The notes under the pieces: model-generated
Told to the model about the DNA's origin: nothing
Databases searched by the model: none
What the model saw: the letters and a program-made list of their open reading frames with translations, nothing else
Shown: one piece after another, positions 1-10,760 of the stretch
How positions within the stretch are numbered: position 1 is the first letter of the stretch
Layout of the letters: every line of letters begins with the position of its first letter
Program-made: the position numbers and the translations under genes
Source: Bacteroidota bacterium
Lineage (GTDB): Bacteria; Bacteroidota; Bacteroidia; UKL13-3
Assembly: GCA_947491825.1 (NCBI GenBank)
Contig: CANLLM010000002.1
Location: forward strand, 10,503-74,502
Direction: 5' to 3'
Length of the DNA: 64,000 nt

Positions 1-2829
1 AACCGCAAAAACCACATTAGGGTTAAACATACTAAGGGTACTATCTGGCCAATTATTGGTTACGGTATTTTATGTGTATTTGCATCAGATGCGGTATTTA
101 ATGCCATTAAAAGTTTAACTATCGACTCTCAAATATCGTTTGATATTACCCAAATATACTCCATAAACATATTTACTTATTTTGCTATTACAGTTTGTAT
201 TTTACAATTATTGGTGGTGTATTTTATTAGCAGAAATTTCACACGTGCTGTCAAAAAATATGAAGGTACGCCACTTAATATTTGGCTAATTATAGTAAGC
301 ATCGAATTATTATATTTACTTGTAGCCAATAAAGTTTTTGAGCAAGATATTTTCAGATATTGGTCAGTGCTCACACTAGCGTCAGTATTTGTTATTTTTA
401 AATTATTTACGCCTAAACTCAACCGTTTTCAGCAATACTTTATTGTAATTGTAATTATATCTAGTTACAGCGCATGTAGCATATGGCATTGGCATAATTT
501 GCGCGAGCGGGATAACAGAAAACTATTTGCAGTAAAACAAATTTCACAAAACGACATAACCAACGACTACTTCTTACGTGGTATTGATAGAAAGATTAAA
601 CGAGACAATTACATCAAAATATATTTCGAGAGTCCATTTATAATTAAATCACAGTTTGAAAAACGCATACGTCAATTATACTTTACCGGATACTTAAGTA
701 AATTTGATGTACAGTTACTAGATTATGATTCATCTGGAAATCACTTTAAAGAACGTAATGAATTAAGCTACTATCAAGTCAATAAACTTTACAATCAGCA
801 ACGCCTAAAATCTTTTGCAGAGTCGTTTAGGTACATGCAAAACAGTGGCGACATAAAAGGCTACATTGGTAAATTTATTATTAGGGATGAAAAAAAAAGA
901 ATCGGGTATTTATTTGTTATTCTTAAACCCAAATTAATACAAAACGAAAATAGGTTTGACGAGATTTTAGTAGAAGGAAATACTGTAAATAGAACTAAAA
1001 ATAACGAATATTCTTACGCAGTTTATAAAGATAAAAAACTAGTTTATCAGAGTGGAGATTACGCATACAGCATCATCAATACTTGGGGTGAAACTGATAA
1101 TAAATTTAAGTTTTTTGACGAAAATAATTATAGCCACTTATTACTTACGGATGCGCAACCATTAACCGTGGTGGTAAGTAAACCCGCCAATAACTTAAGC
1201 CAGCTTATTGGTTTGTTCTCGTTTATTTTCACATGTTGCACAGTAGTATTAATTATGGTACTGGTGCTATTTATTTTCTTGAATGCACAAGTGCTAAAAC
1301 GCTCTTCTTTTGCCAATAACAATATTATTTCTTGGCTTAGAAATAGTTTACTCAAATTAATGATGATGGATGCCAATCAAATTATTTTGATTAGAACACG
1401 CATTCAAACATCTATTATCTTTATCGTTTTCACCACACTTATATTCAGCTCCTATTTTACCATACGCTTTACAATTGATAAGTATAATATGCGCCAAACC
1501 GACCGTTTAATGAAGAAGTTGCGCAACATTGTTATCAATATAGAAAACGAACGTATAACCAATTCCAAAGGAAGAATTATCGAGGGCGAAATCGAAGCTT
1601 TTATCAATCAAATTGCAGACTTTTACGATACTGATATTTCTTTGTATGATACCAAAGGCGAGTTAATTGCTTCTAGCATAAGCAAACTTTATGATGAGCA
1701 AATTATAGGTCCGAAAATGCATCCAAATGCTTATTTTCACCTGAATCAACTACGCGAATCACAATATAGCCAAAATGAAAAAATTGGAGACCTTGTATTT
1801 CAAGCAGCTTATGCTCCTACATTTAACTCCCGTAGCGAAGTGGTAGGTTATTTGCAACTCCCTTACTTTAGCAAACAAATTGATTTATTAAGCGAAATTT
1901 CATCGGTAGTAATTGGATTTATTAATCTTTACGTATTGCTCTTTATTATAATAGTAGTGATAGCATATTGGGTTTCAAGGAATATTTCCTATCCGCTTAC
2001 ATTAATTCAACAACGATTGTCAAGCACTACTTTAGGGCATAGTAACGAGCCAATTTTATGGCAGCGTGATGATGAGATTGGTGAATTGGTTAAACAATAC
2101 AACCGTATGATTAAAGAGCTAGATGCCAGTGCGCGTAAACTTGCCGAAACCGAACGACAAGGTGCTTGGAGAGATATTGCAAGACAAATTGCGCATGAAA
2201 TTAAAAACCCGCTAACACCAATGAAACTTAGCGTTCAGCATCTACAACGTGCTTATGCTAATAATGATAATAACATCGGAGATAAGATAACACGTACCGC
2301 CAACTTATTAATTGCTCAAATTGATGTGCTGTCTGAATTAGCCAATGAGTTTTCATCCTACGCAAAGATGCCTGCTCCTTCTTATGAAAATATTAAGCTA
2401 AAAAATACCTTAACGCAATTGGTTGATTTATACTCGCAGGGTAATGAGCATAAAATAAGTTTATATTGTGCCGAAAACTTAAGCATATCTTTTGATATAG
2501 GATACTTTAATCGTACCATATCAAACTTATTAAAGAATGCAATACAGGCTATGCCTGAGAATAAAATTGGTGAAATACAAATTGATGTGATAGACCACAA
2601 TGAAAACATCAAAATTTTCGTTAAGGATAATGCATCCGGAATGACAGAAGAACAAGCTAAAAATGTATTTACACCTTATTATAGCACTAAAATTAGTGGT
2701 ATGGGACTTGGCTTGCCTATTGTAAAAAACATGATAGAAAGTGGTGGTGGTGGAATCTCATTTACAACTCAACTAGATGTAGGCACTGAATTTTGTATTA
2801 CTTTACCAAAACAACAACATGTTGCATGA
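1..2829 (+). CDS. Multi-pass membrane sensor histidine kinase (HAMP-HisKA-HATPase_c), 5' partial
   Basis: Frame 1 is open from base 1, with no stop before the TTG at 211 used by the ORF track, so the gene enters from upstream. H-box 'AHEIKNPLTPM', N-box 'LLKNAIQA', G-boxes 'VKDNASGM' and 'GMGLGLPIV'. Multiple hydrophobic TM stretches and two large loop regions lie N-terminal of the kinase core. Confidence 0.9.
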   Translation, partial: NRKNHIRVKHTKGTIWPIIGYGILCVFASDAVFNAIKSLTIDSQISFDITQIYSINIFTYFAITVCILQLLVVYFISRNFTRAVKKYEGTPLNIWLIIVSIELLYLLVANKVFEQDIFRYWSVLTLASVFVIFKLFTPKLNRFQQYFIVIVIISSYSACSIWHWHNLRERDNRKLFAVKQISQNDITNDYFLRGIDRKIKRDNYIKIYFESPFIIKSQFEKRIRQLYFTGYLSKFDVQLLDYDSSGNHFKERNELSYYQVNKLYNQQRLKSFAESFRYMQNSGDIKGYIGKFIIRDEKKRIGYLFVILKPKLIQNENRFDEILVEGNTVNRTKNNEYSYAVYKDKKLVYQSGDYAYSIINTWGETDNKFKFFDENNYSHLLLTDAQPLTVVVSKPANNLSQLIGLFSFIFTCCTVVLIMVLVLFIFLNAQVLKRSSFANNNIISWLRNSLLKLMMMDANQIILIRTRIQTSIIFIVFTTLIFSSYFTIRFTIDKYNMRQTDRLMKKLRNIVINIENERITNSKGRIIEGEIEAFINQIADFYDTDISLYDTKGELIASSISKLYDEQIIGPKMHPNAYFHLNQLRESQYSQNEKIGDLVFQAAYAPTFNSRSEVVGYLQLPYFSKQIDLLSEISSVVIGFINLYVLLFIIIVVIAYWVSRNISYPLTLIQQRLSSTTLGHSNEPILWQRDDEIGELVKQYNRMIKELDASARKLAETERQGAWRDIARQIAHEIKNPLTPMKLSVQHLQRAYANNDNNIGDKITRTANLLIAQIDVLSELANEFSSYAKMPAPSYENIKLKNTLTQLVDLYSQGNEHKISLYCAENLSISFDIGYFNRTISNLLKNAIQAMPENKIGEIQIDVIDHNENIKIFVKDNASGMTEEQAKNVFTPYYSTKISGMGLGLPIVKNMIESGGGGISFTTQLDVGTEFCITLPKQQHVA

Positions 2830-5800
2830 TGAAGCTCTTGTGGTTATGGGTAGTATTGGTGCTCACCATATATGTTAGTAAAGCACAACAAAACGGAAGC
2901 TTCCGTGCAAAAATTATTACAGTAAATGTAGATAGTTTACTAGTTGACACCCTAGTTATTGTGCAAAGCAGTGTAATTATTTTTACAGATAACAATAACC
3001 TATTAAAAGAGGGCATTGATTATCAAATCAATTATTTTAATGGCTATATAAAAATTAATCAGGCCTATAAAAATAAACCCCTGAAGGTAAGTTATAAAAT
3101 ACCCAATATTAACTTAAAACAAGTATATGGGAACAAATCTAGAAGCCTTCAAATACCTGAAATTAAAGGGAATCGTTATGATTTAGGATACTCCCCTACC
3201 GCAAATAAGAGAATAGATTTATTTAAAAATGATGGTTTAAAGTTAAATGGATCAATAAGCCGTGGATTAGGTTTTGGCAACAACCAAGATATTGTATTAA
3301 ACGCTAATTTAAATTTACAAATGGCAGGTAAACTAAACAATGATATTGATGTGCTTGCCGCCATAAGTGACGATAATAACCCAATACAACCAGAAGGGAA
3401 TACGCAACAACTGCAAGACTTCGACCGCGTGTTTGTGCAATTAGCAAAGGATAATACCACCTTAACTGTAGGTGATTTTGAAATGATAAGACCAACAGGT
3501 ACTTACTTCATGAATTATTACAAGAAATCAAGAGGTGCACAATTTAAAACCATATTTAGTGCAGGTAAAAAAGGCTCTATCAATATAGGTGTAGATGGTG
3601 CATCAAGCAGAGGTAGATTCTCACGAAACATCATAAATGGTATTGAAGGAAACCAAGGTCCTTATCGACTAAACGGAACAAATGGAGAGTTGTTTATCAT
3701 AATTATATCAGGTACAGAAGCGGTGTATTTAGATGGGCAGAAATTAACCCGTGGCGAACAGAATGATTACGTAATAGATTACAACACGGGAGAAATAACG
3801 TTTATGCCGCGTAGACCTATTACACAATATAGCCGAATAGTGGTAGAGTTTCAATTTGCAGATAGAAATTATGCTAGAACCGTATTTAATACCCAAACTG
3901 ACTTTGAAATGCCAAAGTATAAAATTCGTATAAACTATTTTACCGAACAAGACAGTAAAGACCAACCCTTTTTGCAGAGCCTTACCGATAGCAGTAAAAA
4001 AATATTAGCTGATGTAGGAGATCATATTGATGCTGCAATTATTAACAGTGAAGTAAAAGTAAGCTACGATAGCAAAAAAGTTTTATACCGAAAAATAGAT
4101 ACATTAGCCTATCAAGGGGTTTACGTTTATTCACCAAAGCAAGGTAACGATAGTGTGTTTTATGAAATACGTTTTAGTTTGGTTGGACAAGGTTTTGGTA
4201 ACTACAAACAGATTAACAGCAATGCCAACGGCCGAGTATATGCTTGGGTTGAACCAATAGGCGGAGCTCCGCAAGGAGATTATGAACCTGTTATCAAATT
4301 AATTAGCCCAAAACGCAAGCAAATGCTAACCGTGGGGACAGAAATAACTGCGATAAAAAATACAATTATAAAAATAGAAGCAGCAAATAGTATTAACGAT
4401 ATCAATACGTATGCTAACCAAGATAAAAGTAACGATGCCGGGTATGGACTTAAAGCATCTATTGAAAATACCGCGAACTTGTCGTCAATTAAAAACAACA
4501 ATAAATGGACACTAAAAAGCAGTGTAAATTATGAGCATGTTAATGAAAATTTTAGGTACATAGAACGATACCGAAATGTAGAATTTGATAGAACATGGAA
4601 TAGGTTATTAAGTAATCAAAACAACAACTTAGATACGGGGTATGAAGAAAACATAACATCCATAAGAACCGCCTTAAACCACAACAATAATTTCCAATTA
4701 TATTATCAATTAGGGAGCTATAACCGACAAAAACAATTTAATGGATTACAACACCAAGCTGGAACATTTTTACTATTGGGTAAAAGTACTTTTACCGCAG
4801 AAATCGAATGGTTAAAAACATTAAACAATACACTTGGCTCGCAAACAAGTGACGTAAGAAGGTACAAAGGAGAGGTTACAAGAAAAATATGGAAACTTAC
4901 CGGTGCTATAAATGCCGAAACTGAACAAAGTTATTTTAAGCGAAACAGCGATACATTGCTTGGTGGTAGTTATGGATATCAGCAATATGGCGCATTTCTG
5001 CGTAATACAGACTCCACAAAAATACGCTACCATTTGGCATACAACAAGCGTGTAGATTTATTGCCAAGAAATACTGAAATGGCACAGTCAACAATAGGGC
5101 ACAACTTTAATACAGGTGCAGATATCAGGCAAAAAAATGGAAATAGGTTATCGGGTAGCTTTACTTACCGCGAATTTTTAATTAGCGATACCAACATTAC
5201 TAGGCTAAAGCCAGAGCGCACCTTATTGGCAAGAATAGAATATGATTACGCTTTTTTAAGGCGAGTATTTGTGGCAAATACTTATTATCAAATTGGTTCG
5301 GGTCAGGAATTAAGACGAGATTTTCAATATGTAGAAGTATTGGTTGGACAAGGTATTTATGTATGGAGAGATTTTAATGATGATGGCGCACAACAGCTAA
5401 ATGAGTTTGTTTTAGCAGGCATTACCGATAAGCCCATGGCCAATTACATCCGTGTTTTTTTACCCACCAATTCATACATCAGCACCAACGCCAACCAGTT
5501 TAACCAAACATTAAATATAAATCCTGCAGCGGTATGGAATGGCAAAAAGGATTTTAGGAAATTGGTGAGTAAATTTAGTAATCAATCGGCATTAAAAATT
5601 GATAGAAAAACAACACAGATAAACACCCAAGATTTTTTGAACCCATTTTTTTTAAATGTGAATGATACCTCTTTAATATCGTTAAACTCAATTTTTAGAA
5701 ACACATTATTTTTCAATCGCAGTAACCCCACTTTTGGGGCCGAAATAACATACTCAAACCAAAGAAGCAAAACGTTTTTAACAAATGGATTTGAGGCAAG

Positions 5801-6329
5801 GAACCGCACTGAGCAAGGCATTAATATTCGCTGGAATGTGACTTCATCATGGAGTATTACCAATACAATAAACACGGGGGTACGCATTTATACTAGTGAT
5901 TTTTTTAGTGACAATAATTTTAACTACACATTTATTGAGTTTAAACCCCGTTTAAGTTACCAATTAAATACACGTTTACGTCTTACTGCATTGTTCAGTT
6001 ATTTTGAAGGAAATAATTTAGATGAATTAGGAAATCAGCATAGCAATAACCGGGAATTAGGTGCAGAATTTAGGTACAGTTTAGTAAAACAAGGTGTTAT
6101 TAATGCCAAAATTAGCTCCTATCAAATTAAGTTTAATGGCGATGCCCAAAGTCAGTTAGGTTATGATATGTTACAAGGTTTAGCAGTAGGACAAAATGCG
6201 GTATGGAATATTAACTACCAGCAACGCTTGGGGAGTAACTTACAAATCACCATTAACTATGATGGTAGATCAGCTGATGCACAACGTACACTTCATATTG
6301 GCAGAATGGAGGCGCGATACTTATTCTAA
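2826..6329 (+). CDS. Very large secreted protein, probable outer-membrane beta-barrel, function unknown
   Basis: ORF track gives 2793..6329. The ATG at 2826 yields a classic signal peptide (MMKLLWLWVVLVLTIYVSKAQQ) and overlaps the kinase stop as ATGA. The sequence is Gly/Asn/Tyr/Thr-rich with an alternating beta-strand-like pattern throughout. The aromatic C-terminus (...EARYLF) is typical of OM barrels. Confidence 0.65.
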   Translation: MMKLLWLWVVLVLTIYVSKAQQNGSFRAKIITVNVDSLLVDTLVIVQSSVIIFTDNNNLLKEGIDYQINYFNGYIKINQAYKNKPLKVSYKIPNINLKQVYGNKSRSLQIPEIKGNRYDLGYSPTANKRIDLFKNDGLKLNGSISRGLGFGNNQDIVLNANLNLQMAGKLNNDIDVLAAISDDNNPIQPEGNTQQLQDFDRVFVQLAKDNTTLTVGDFEMIRPTGTYFMNYYKKSRGAQFKTIFSAGKKGSINIGVDGASSRGRFSRNIINGIEGNQGPYRLNGTNGELFIIIISGTEAVYLDGQKLTRGEQNDYVIDYNTGEITFMPRRPITQYSRIVVEFQFADRNYARTVFNTQTDFEMPKYKIRINYFTEQDSKDQPFLQSLTDSSKKILADVGDHIDAAIINSEVKVSYDSKKVLYRKIDTLAYQGVYVYSPKQGNDSVFYEIRFSLVGQGFGNYKQINSNANGRVYAWVEPIGGAPQGDYEPVIKLISPKRKQMLTVGTEITAIKNTIIKIEAANSINDINTYANQDKSNDAGYGLKASIENTANLSSIKNNNKWTLKSSVNYEHVNENFRYIERYRNVEFDRTWNRLLSNQNNNLDTGYEENITSIRTALNHNNNFQLYYQLGSYNRQKQFNGLQHQAGTFLLLGKSTFTAEIEWLKTLNNTLGSQTSDVRRYKGEVTRKIWKLTGAINAETEQSYFKRNSDTLLGGSYGYQQYGAFLRNTDSTKIRYHLAYNKRVDLLPRNTEMAQSTIGHNFNTGADIRQKNGNRLSGSFTYREFLISDTNITRLKPERTLLARIEYDYAFLRRVFVANTYYQIGSGQELRRDFQYVEVLVGQGIYVWRDFNDDGAQQLNEFVLAGITDKPMANYIRVFLPTNSYISTNANQFNQTLNINPAAVWNGKKDFRKLVSKFSNQSALKIDRKTTQINTQDFLNPFFLNVNDTSLISLNSIFRNTLFFNRSNPTFGAEITYSNQRSKTFLTNGFEARNRTEQGINIRWNVTSSWSITNTINTGVRIYTSDFFSDNNFNYTFIEFKPRLSYQLNTRLRLTALFSYFEGNNLDELGNQHSNNRELGAEFRYSLVKQGVINAKISSYQIKFNGDAQSQLGYDMLQGLAVGQNAVWNINYQQRLGSNLQITINYDGRSADAQRTLHIGRMEARYLF

Positions 6330-6360
6330 AAAGAAAAAACATACTTAAATCTCCACTAAT

Positions 6361-6399
6361 AAAAAACGCCTTCATTCCAAATTAGAATGAAGGCATTTT
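6361..6399. terminator. Bidirectional rho-independent terminator between convergent genes
   Basis: Perfect 10-bp stem gccttcattc (6368-6377) / gaatgaaggc (6385-6394) with a 7-nt loop, flanked by an A-run upstream and a T-rich run downstream. Confidence 0.8.
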
Positions 6400-6421
6400 A
6401 GTAACGATTAACTTAAGGACA

Positions 6422-7810
6422 CTATAAGTGAATACACTCACCATACGCTTGTGCAGCTGCTTCCATAATAGCTTCACTCATAGTTGGATGCGGGTGTACC
6501 GACTTTATAATTTCCATACCAGTAGTTTCTAATTTACGCGCAACCACAACCTCAGCAATTAATTCGGTAACATTTGCACCTACCATGTGGGCTCCTAAAA
6601 ACTCACCATATTTAGCATCAAAAATCACTTTAACAAAACCTTCTTTTACCCCAGCGGCACTTGCTTTACCACTAGCAGAGAATGGGAATTTACCTACTTT
6701 AATTTCATAACCAGCCTCTTTAGCTGCTTTTTCTGTATAACCAACCGAGGCAACCTCAGGAGAGCAATAAGTACAACCTGGAATGTTGTTGTAGTTTAAT
6801 GCTTCAGGGTGATGACCTGTAATTTTCTCTACACATATAATACCTTCTGCACTTGCTACGTGGGCCAAAGCAGGACCTTTCACAATATCACCAATCGCAT
6901 AAACACCTTTAATGTTGGTTGCATAAAAATCATCAACCAATACTTTTCCTTTATCGTGTTTAACACCAACAGTTTCTAAACCTAAGTTTTCTAAGTTGGT
7001 TTGAATTCCCACAGCAGATAATACTACATCAGCCTCCAATTCAATTACACCTGTTTTGGTTTTAACTTTTACTTTACAACCAACACCACTTGTATCAACA
7101 GATTCAACGGCAGAATCAGTCATAATTTCTATGCCTGATTTCTTAAATGATTTAGCAACTTCTTTCGATACATCTTCATCTTCAATAGGAAGAATGGTAG
7201 GTAAAAATTCAACGATGGTAACTTTGGTCCCCATCACATTATAGAAGTAAGCAAACTCGCAACCAATAGCACCACTGCCCATTATAATCATAGACTTAGG
7301 TTGTTTGTCCATAACCATGGCATCGCGGTAACCTAAAATCTTTTTGTTATCTACTTTTACATTCGGTAACTCGCGGCTGCGTGCACCTGTTGCTAAAATA
7401 ATTGATTTGGCTTCATATATTTTTTTCGAACCTGCAGCATCGGTAACTTCTACTTTACCCGCAGCAGCCAATTTACCAGAACCCACAAGCACATCAATTT
7501 TATTCTTCTTCATCAAGAAGGCAATACCTTTACTCATGCCATCAGCAACTCCACGGCTGCGTTTAATAACTGCATCAAAATCGTGAGTAGCATCTTTAAC
7601 ACTAATACCATAATCACCTGCATGTTTAATGTACTCAAATACTTGAGCCGATTTTAACAACGCTTTTGTAGGAATACAGCCCCAGTTTAAGCAAATACCG
7701 CCTAAATTTTCGCGTTCAACAATAGCCGTTTTCAATCCTAACTGGCTGGCACGGATGGCAGCTACATAACCACCAGGTCCGCTACCTATAACTATTAAAT
7801 CGTAATTCAT
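6422..7810 (-). CDS. lpdA: Dihydrolipoyl dehydrogenase (E3 component)
   Basis: FAD-binding 'VIGSGPGGY', redox-active disulfide 'GGICLNWGCIPTK', C-terminal 'HPHPTMSE' interface motif. The ATG at 7810 (MNYDLIVIG...) is preferred over the TTG at 7831 in the ORF track. Confidence 0.95.
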   Translation of the reverse strand: MNYDLIVIGSGPGGYVAAIRASQLGLKTAIVERENLGGICLNWGCIPTKALLKSAQVFEYIKHAGDYGISVKDATHDFDAVIKRSRGVADGMSKGIAFLMKKNKIDVLVGSGKLAAAGKVEVTDAAGSKKIYEAKSIILATGARSRELPNVKVDNKKILGYRDAMVMDKQPKSMIIMGSGAIGCEFAYFYNVMGTKVTIVEFLPTILPIEDEDVSKEVAKSFKKSGIEIMTDSAVESVDTSGVGCKVKVKTKTGVIELEADVVLSAVGIQTNLENLGLETVGVKHDKGKVLVDDFYATNIKGVYAIGDIVKGPALAHVASAEGIICVEKITGHHPEALNYNNIPGCTYCSPEVASVGYTEKAAKEAGYEIKVGKFPFSASGKASAAGVKEGFVKVIFDAKYGEFLGAHMVGANVTELIAEVVVARKLETTGMEIIKSVHPHPTMSEAIMEAAAQAYGECIHL

Positions 7811-7921
7811 TGCTTTCTTAATTTGGTGCAAAATAAATGTTTATTTCTAAATAGGTATATTTTTTTGGCTGTGCCACTTCTGTAGCACCAAACAAGATAT
7901 TAAAAACAGAGGATTAACCTT

Positions 7922-10135
7922 TTAAACCAATGCTTTAACAAGCTTATTATCACCTACAATCCATAAGGTATCATTCAGTTCAAATTTCATACTGGAATCT
8001 GGATTTAATATGCGCTCTCCATTTCGCTCTATACCTACAATCATTCCGTTAATACATTTCCTAAAATTTGATTCTCGTATGGTTTTACCAAGATAAATAA
8101 ACCCCGGATGAACAGTAAGTTGCGTTAAGGTAACATCACCATTGGCTTGCTCAAACACTTGTGCACTGTTGGCCGTTTCGATGGTATTTTTAAAATTTAA
8201 GATTTGTTCATCGGTTCCAATTACCGTAATTCTATCATATGGGTAGAGTTTATCTTCTTTGTTTGGCATCATAATTTTTCTGGCACCACGTTCAATCATG
8301 GCTAAGTTAATCCCAAACTTTTCTCTGAGCATTAGTTCCTCAAGTGGTATTCCAACCAATGTACTATCTATATCTATATCAAAGTTAGCCATGTGGGCGT
8401 CCCAAGGAAGCAAATGGCCTATTGGCGATTTAGCATGCATGGTTTCCCTTAGGTATAAATTATCCATAAACCTCTTCTCTATTCTATTTGAGAAAGCTGT
8501 TAAACGTCTCCTAAAAAGTACCGTTACTATCACTATAACGAATACGCCAATAGTTAAAGCTGTAAACGTTGAAAAAAGCTGGTCGAGTATGAAACCAATA
8601 AAAAAAACACCCAAAGCCACACGGGCTATTTCCATTCCTATTATTGGCCCACGGTTGTATCTGTTTAGCCAAAGCTCGGTATATGATTGGCGATTAATTT
8701 TGCGAACAGAGAGCATATATAAAAAAGGCCCCAGGGCACTTATTGCAATAAATGTTGTGAATACAGTTCCCCATTTACCCCAAATGGTGAAAAAGGGATC
8801 TATAAAATTGGTAACAACTAAGATAATAGCTAAACAAATTACCCCATTAAATACAATAACTTGAAAGAATTCATGTAGTACTTTTTTCCAATCACTTTCG
8901 GCATTAATATGCTGCGCTCCGGTTGAATAATCGTTTATCACTTGAAGCCATTTTGGGGGAAACAACCTGTTTAAAAAACCATACAAGGGTTCGGCAAATC
9001 TGATCATGTATGGAGTAGTAAAAGTTGTAATTACCGATACACCGACAGCAATAGGGTATAGAAAATCGCTGGTTACACCCAACGTAAGTCCAAGTGTGGC
9101 GATGATAAAACTAAACTCCCCAATTTGCGATAAACTTGTGCCTGCTTGTACGCTTTGTTTTAGTGGTACACCACTTATTAGTGCACCACTAGTAACAAAA
9201 AATGTTTTACCCAACATCACAATAAAAGTAAGTAAAATAACAGGGCCTATGTAGGTTATCAATATCCCCGGATTGATAAGCATACCTACCGACACAAAAA
9301 ACACAGCCCCAAACAAATCTTTAACCGATTTAAGAACCTGTACTATGCGCTCTGCTTGAGTTGTTTCGGCTAAAATACTACCCATAATAAAAGCACCTAA
9401 AGCCGCGCTAAAACCAACATTAGCCGCAAACAATACCATGCCTAAACACAATGCAATTGAAATTATTAACAAAGTTTCATCGCTAATGTGCTTACTTAAT
9501 TTTTTAAGCAAACCAGGTAACAAGTAAATGCCCATTAAAAACCACAACACCAAGAAAAACCCTAGCTTAAAAACAGAGGCCAACATTTCTCCCCCTTGAA
9601 ACTTTTGGCTAACAGCTAATGTAGATAAGAGTACCATTAATAAAACTGCAGCTAAATCTTCAATCACTAAAATGCCAATTACTGTTCCAGTAAACTTCTT
9701 TGCTTTTAAGCCCAATTCATCAAAGGCTCTGAATATAATGGTGGTAGATGATATGGCAATTATTCCGCCTAAGAAAATACTATCCATTTTACCCCAACCT
9801 AACAATTGCCCCGCGAAATATCCTGAAATAAGCATGGCTGTTACCTCAAACAAGCCAGTTATTGCTGCAGTACTCCCAACCTTTACTAACTTCTTAAAAC
9901 TAAACTCTAAGCCTAAGCTAAAGAGTAGAAAAATAACACCAATTTCAGCCCATATTTTAATACTATCAACTTCGGTTACCGTTGGGAATAAAGAATAGTT
10001 TGGACTAACCAACAATCCCGCAATGATATATCCCAAAACCACTGGCTGATTTAACTTTTTAAAAAGAAGCGAAACTACACCTGCAGAGAAAAGTATAAGC
10101 GCTAAATCTGTTATAAGATGAGGAACGTGGGCCAT
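7922..10135 (-). CDS. Cation:proton antiporter (CPA2/Kef-type) with C-terminal RCK_C/TrkA_C-like domains
   Basis: About 12 hydrophobic helices of the Na+/H+-exchanger type, followed by a ~200-aa soluble C-terminus with two repeats resembling TrkA_C (…RITVIGTDEQI…, …LWIVGDNKLV…). Confidence 0.85.
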   Translation of the reverse strand: MAHVPHLITDLALILFSAGVVSLLFKKLNQPVVLGYIIAGLLVSPNYSLFPTVTEVDSIKIWAEIGVIFLLFSLGLEFSFKKLVKVGSTAAITGLFEVTAMLISGYFAGQLLGWGKMDSIFLGGIIAISSTTIIFRAFDELGLKAKKFTGTVIGILVIEDLAAVLLMVLLSTLAVSQKFQGGEMLASVFKLGFFLVLWFLMGIYLLPGLLKKLSKHISDETLLIISIALCLGMVLFAANVGFSAALGAFIMGSILAETTQAERIVQVLKSVKDLFGAVFFVSVGMLINPGILITYIGPVILLTFIVMLGKTFFVTSGALISGVPLKQSVQAGTSLSQIGEFSFIIATLGLTLGVTSDFLYPIAVGVSVITTFTTPYMIRFAEPLYGFLNRLFPPKWLQVINDYSTGAQHINAESDWKKVLHEFFQVIVFNGVICLAIILVVTNFIDPFFTIWGKWGTVFTTFIAISALGPFLYMLSVRKINRQSYTELWLNRYNRGPIIGMEIARVALGVFFIGFILDQLFSTFTALTIGVFVIVIVTVLFRRRLTAFSNRIEKRFMDNLYLRETMHAKSPIGHLLPWDAHMANFDIDIDSTLVGIPLEELMLREKFGINLAMIERGARKIMMPNKEDKLYPYDRITVIGTDEQILNFKNTIETANSAQVFEQANGDVTLTQLTVHPGFIYLGKTIRESNFRKCINGMIVGIERNGERILNPDSSMKFELNDTLWIVGDNKLVKALV

Positions 10136-10254
10136 AGTAATGAAGTTAAAATTAGGCTAAATATAGCAATTATCAGGAGATAGTAAAAGTTAATACATTT
10201 TAAACATGAGGGCGATACCGTACAATTCACTATTTATTATATCATGTAAAAGTG

Positions 10255-10262
10255 TAGTTTTG
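10255..10262 (+). promoter_or_regulatory. Possible Bacteroidota-type -7 promoter element (TAnnTTTG)
   Basis: 'TAGTTTTG' matches the TAnnTTTG -7 consensus of sigma-A promoters in Bacteroidota and lies 22 nt upstream of the PPIase ATG. No convincing -33 TTTG element was seen. Confidence 0.3.
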
Positions 10263-10283
10263 CACTCCTTAATGTAAAAATTT

Positions 10284-10721
10284 ATGAATAAAACAGCTGA
10301 AATACACACCGCTAAAGGTGTAATGAAAATTGAATTTTTCGAAAACGATGCCCCTAATACGGTTGCCAACTTTACAAAGTTAGCCCAAAGTGGTTTTTAC
10401 AATGGTTTGACATTTCACCGCGTATTACCAGATTTTGTAATACAAGGCGGATGCCCAAATGGTATTGGTAATGGTGGACCTGGGTACAAAATTGATTGTG
10501 AATTAACAGGAGAAAACCAACACCACGATAAAGGTGTTTTGTCTATGGCACATGCAGGACGCAACACAGGAGGCTCGCAGTTTTTCATTTGCCACAGCCG
10601 CACAAACACTGCTCACCTTGATAGAAATCATACTTGCTTTGGTAAAGTAATTGAAGGGTTAGAAGTAATCGATGCCATTCGTCAAGGTGATGTGATGGAG
10701 AAAGTAATTATCAACGAATAA
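10284..10721 (+). CDS. Peptidyl-prolyl cis-trans isomerase, cyclophilin type
   Basis: Cyclophilin signatures '[13 protein letters not shown]' and 'GGSQFFI'. Size is 145 aa. Confidence 0.93.
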   Translation: MNKTAEIHTAKGVMKIEFFENDAPNTVANFTKLAQSGFYNGLTFHRVLPDFVIQGGCPNGIGNGGPGYKIDCELTGENQHHDKGVLSMAHAGRNTGGSQFFICHSRTNTAHLDRNHTCFGKVIEGLEVIDAIRQGDVMEKVIINE

Positions 10722-10760
10722 GTAATTGCTGCTTACCCAGCGCACATACCAACATTTTAT

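Noticed and set aside
8259-8864. 201-aa ORF on the plus strand, plus others at 9006..9254 and 9672..9998
   Set aside because: All are antisense to the well-supported CPA2 antiporter gene. Their composition mirrors the complement of a membrane-protein gene, and there are no independent start or regulatory signals.
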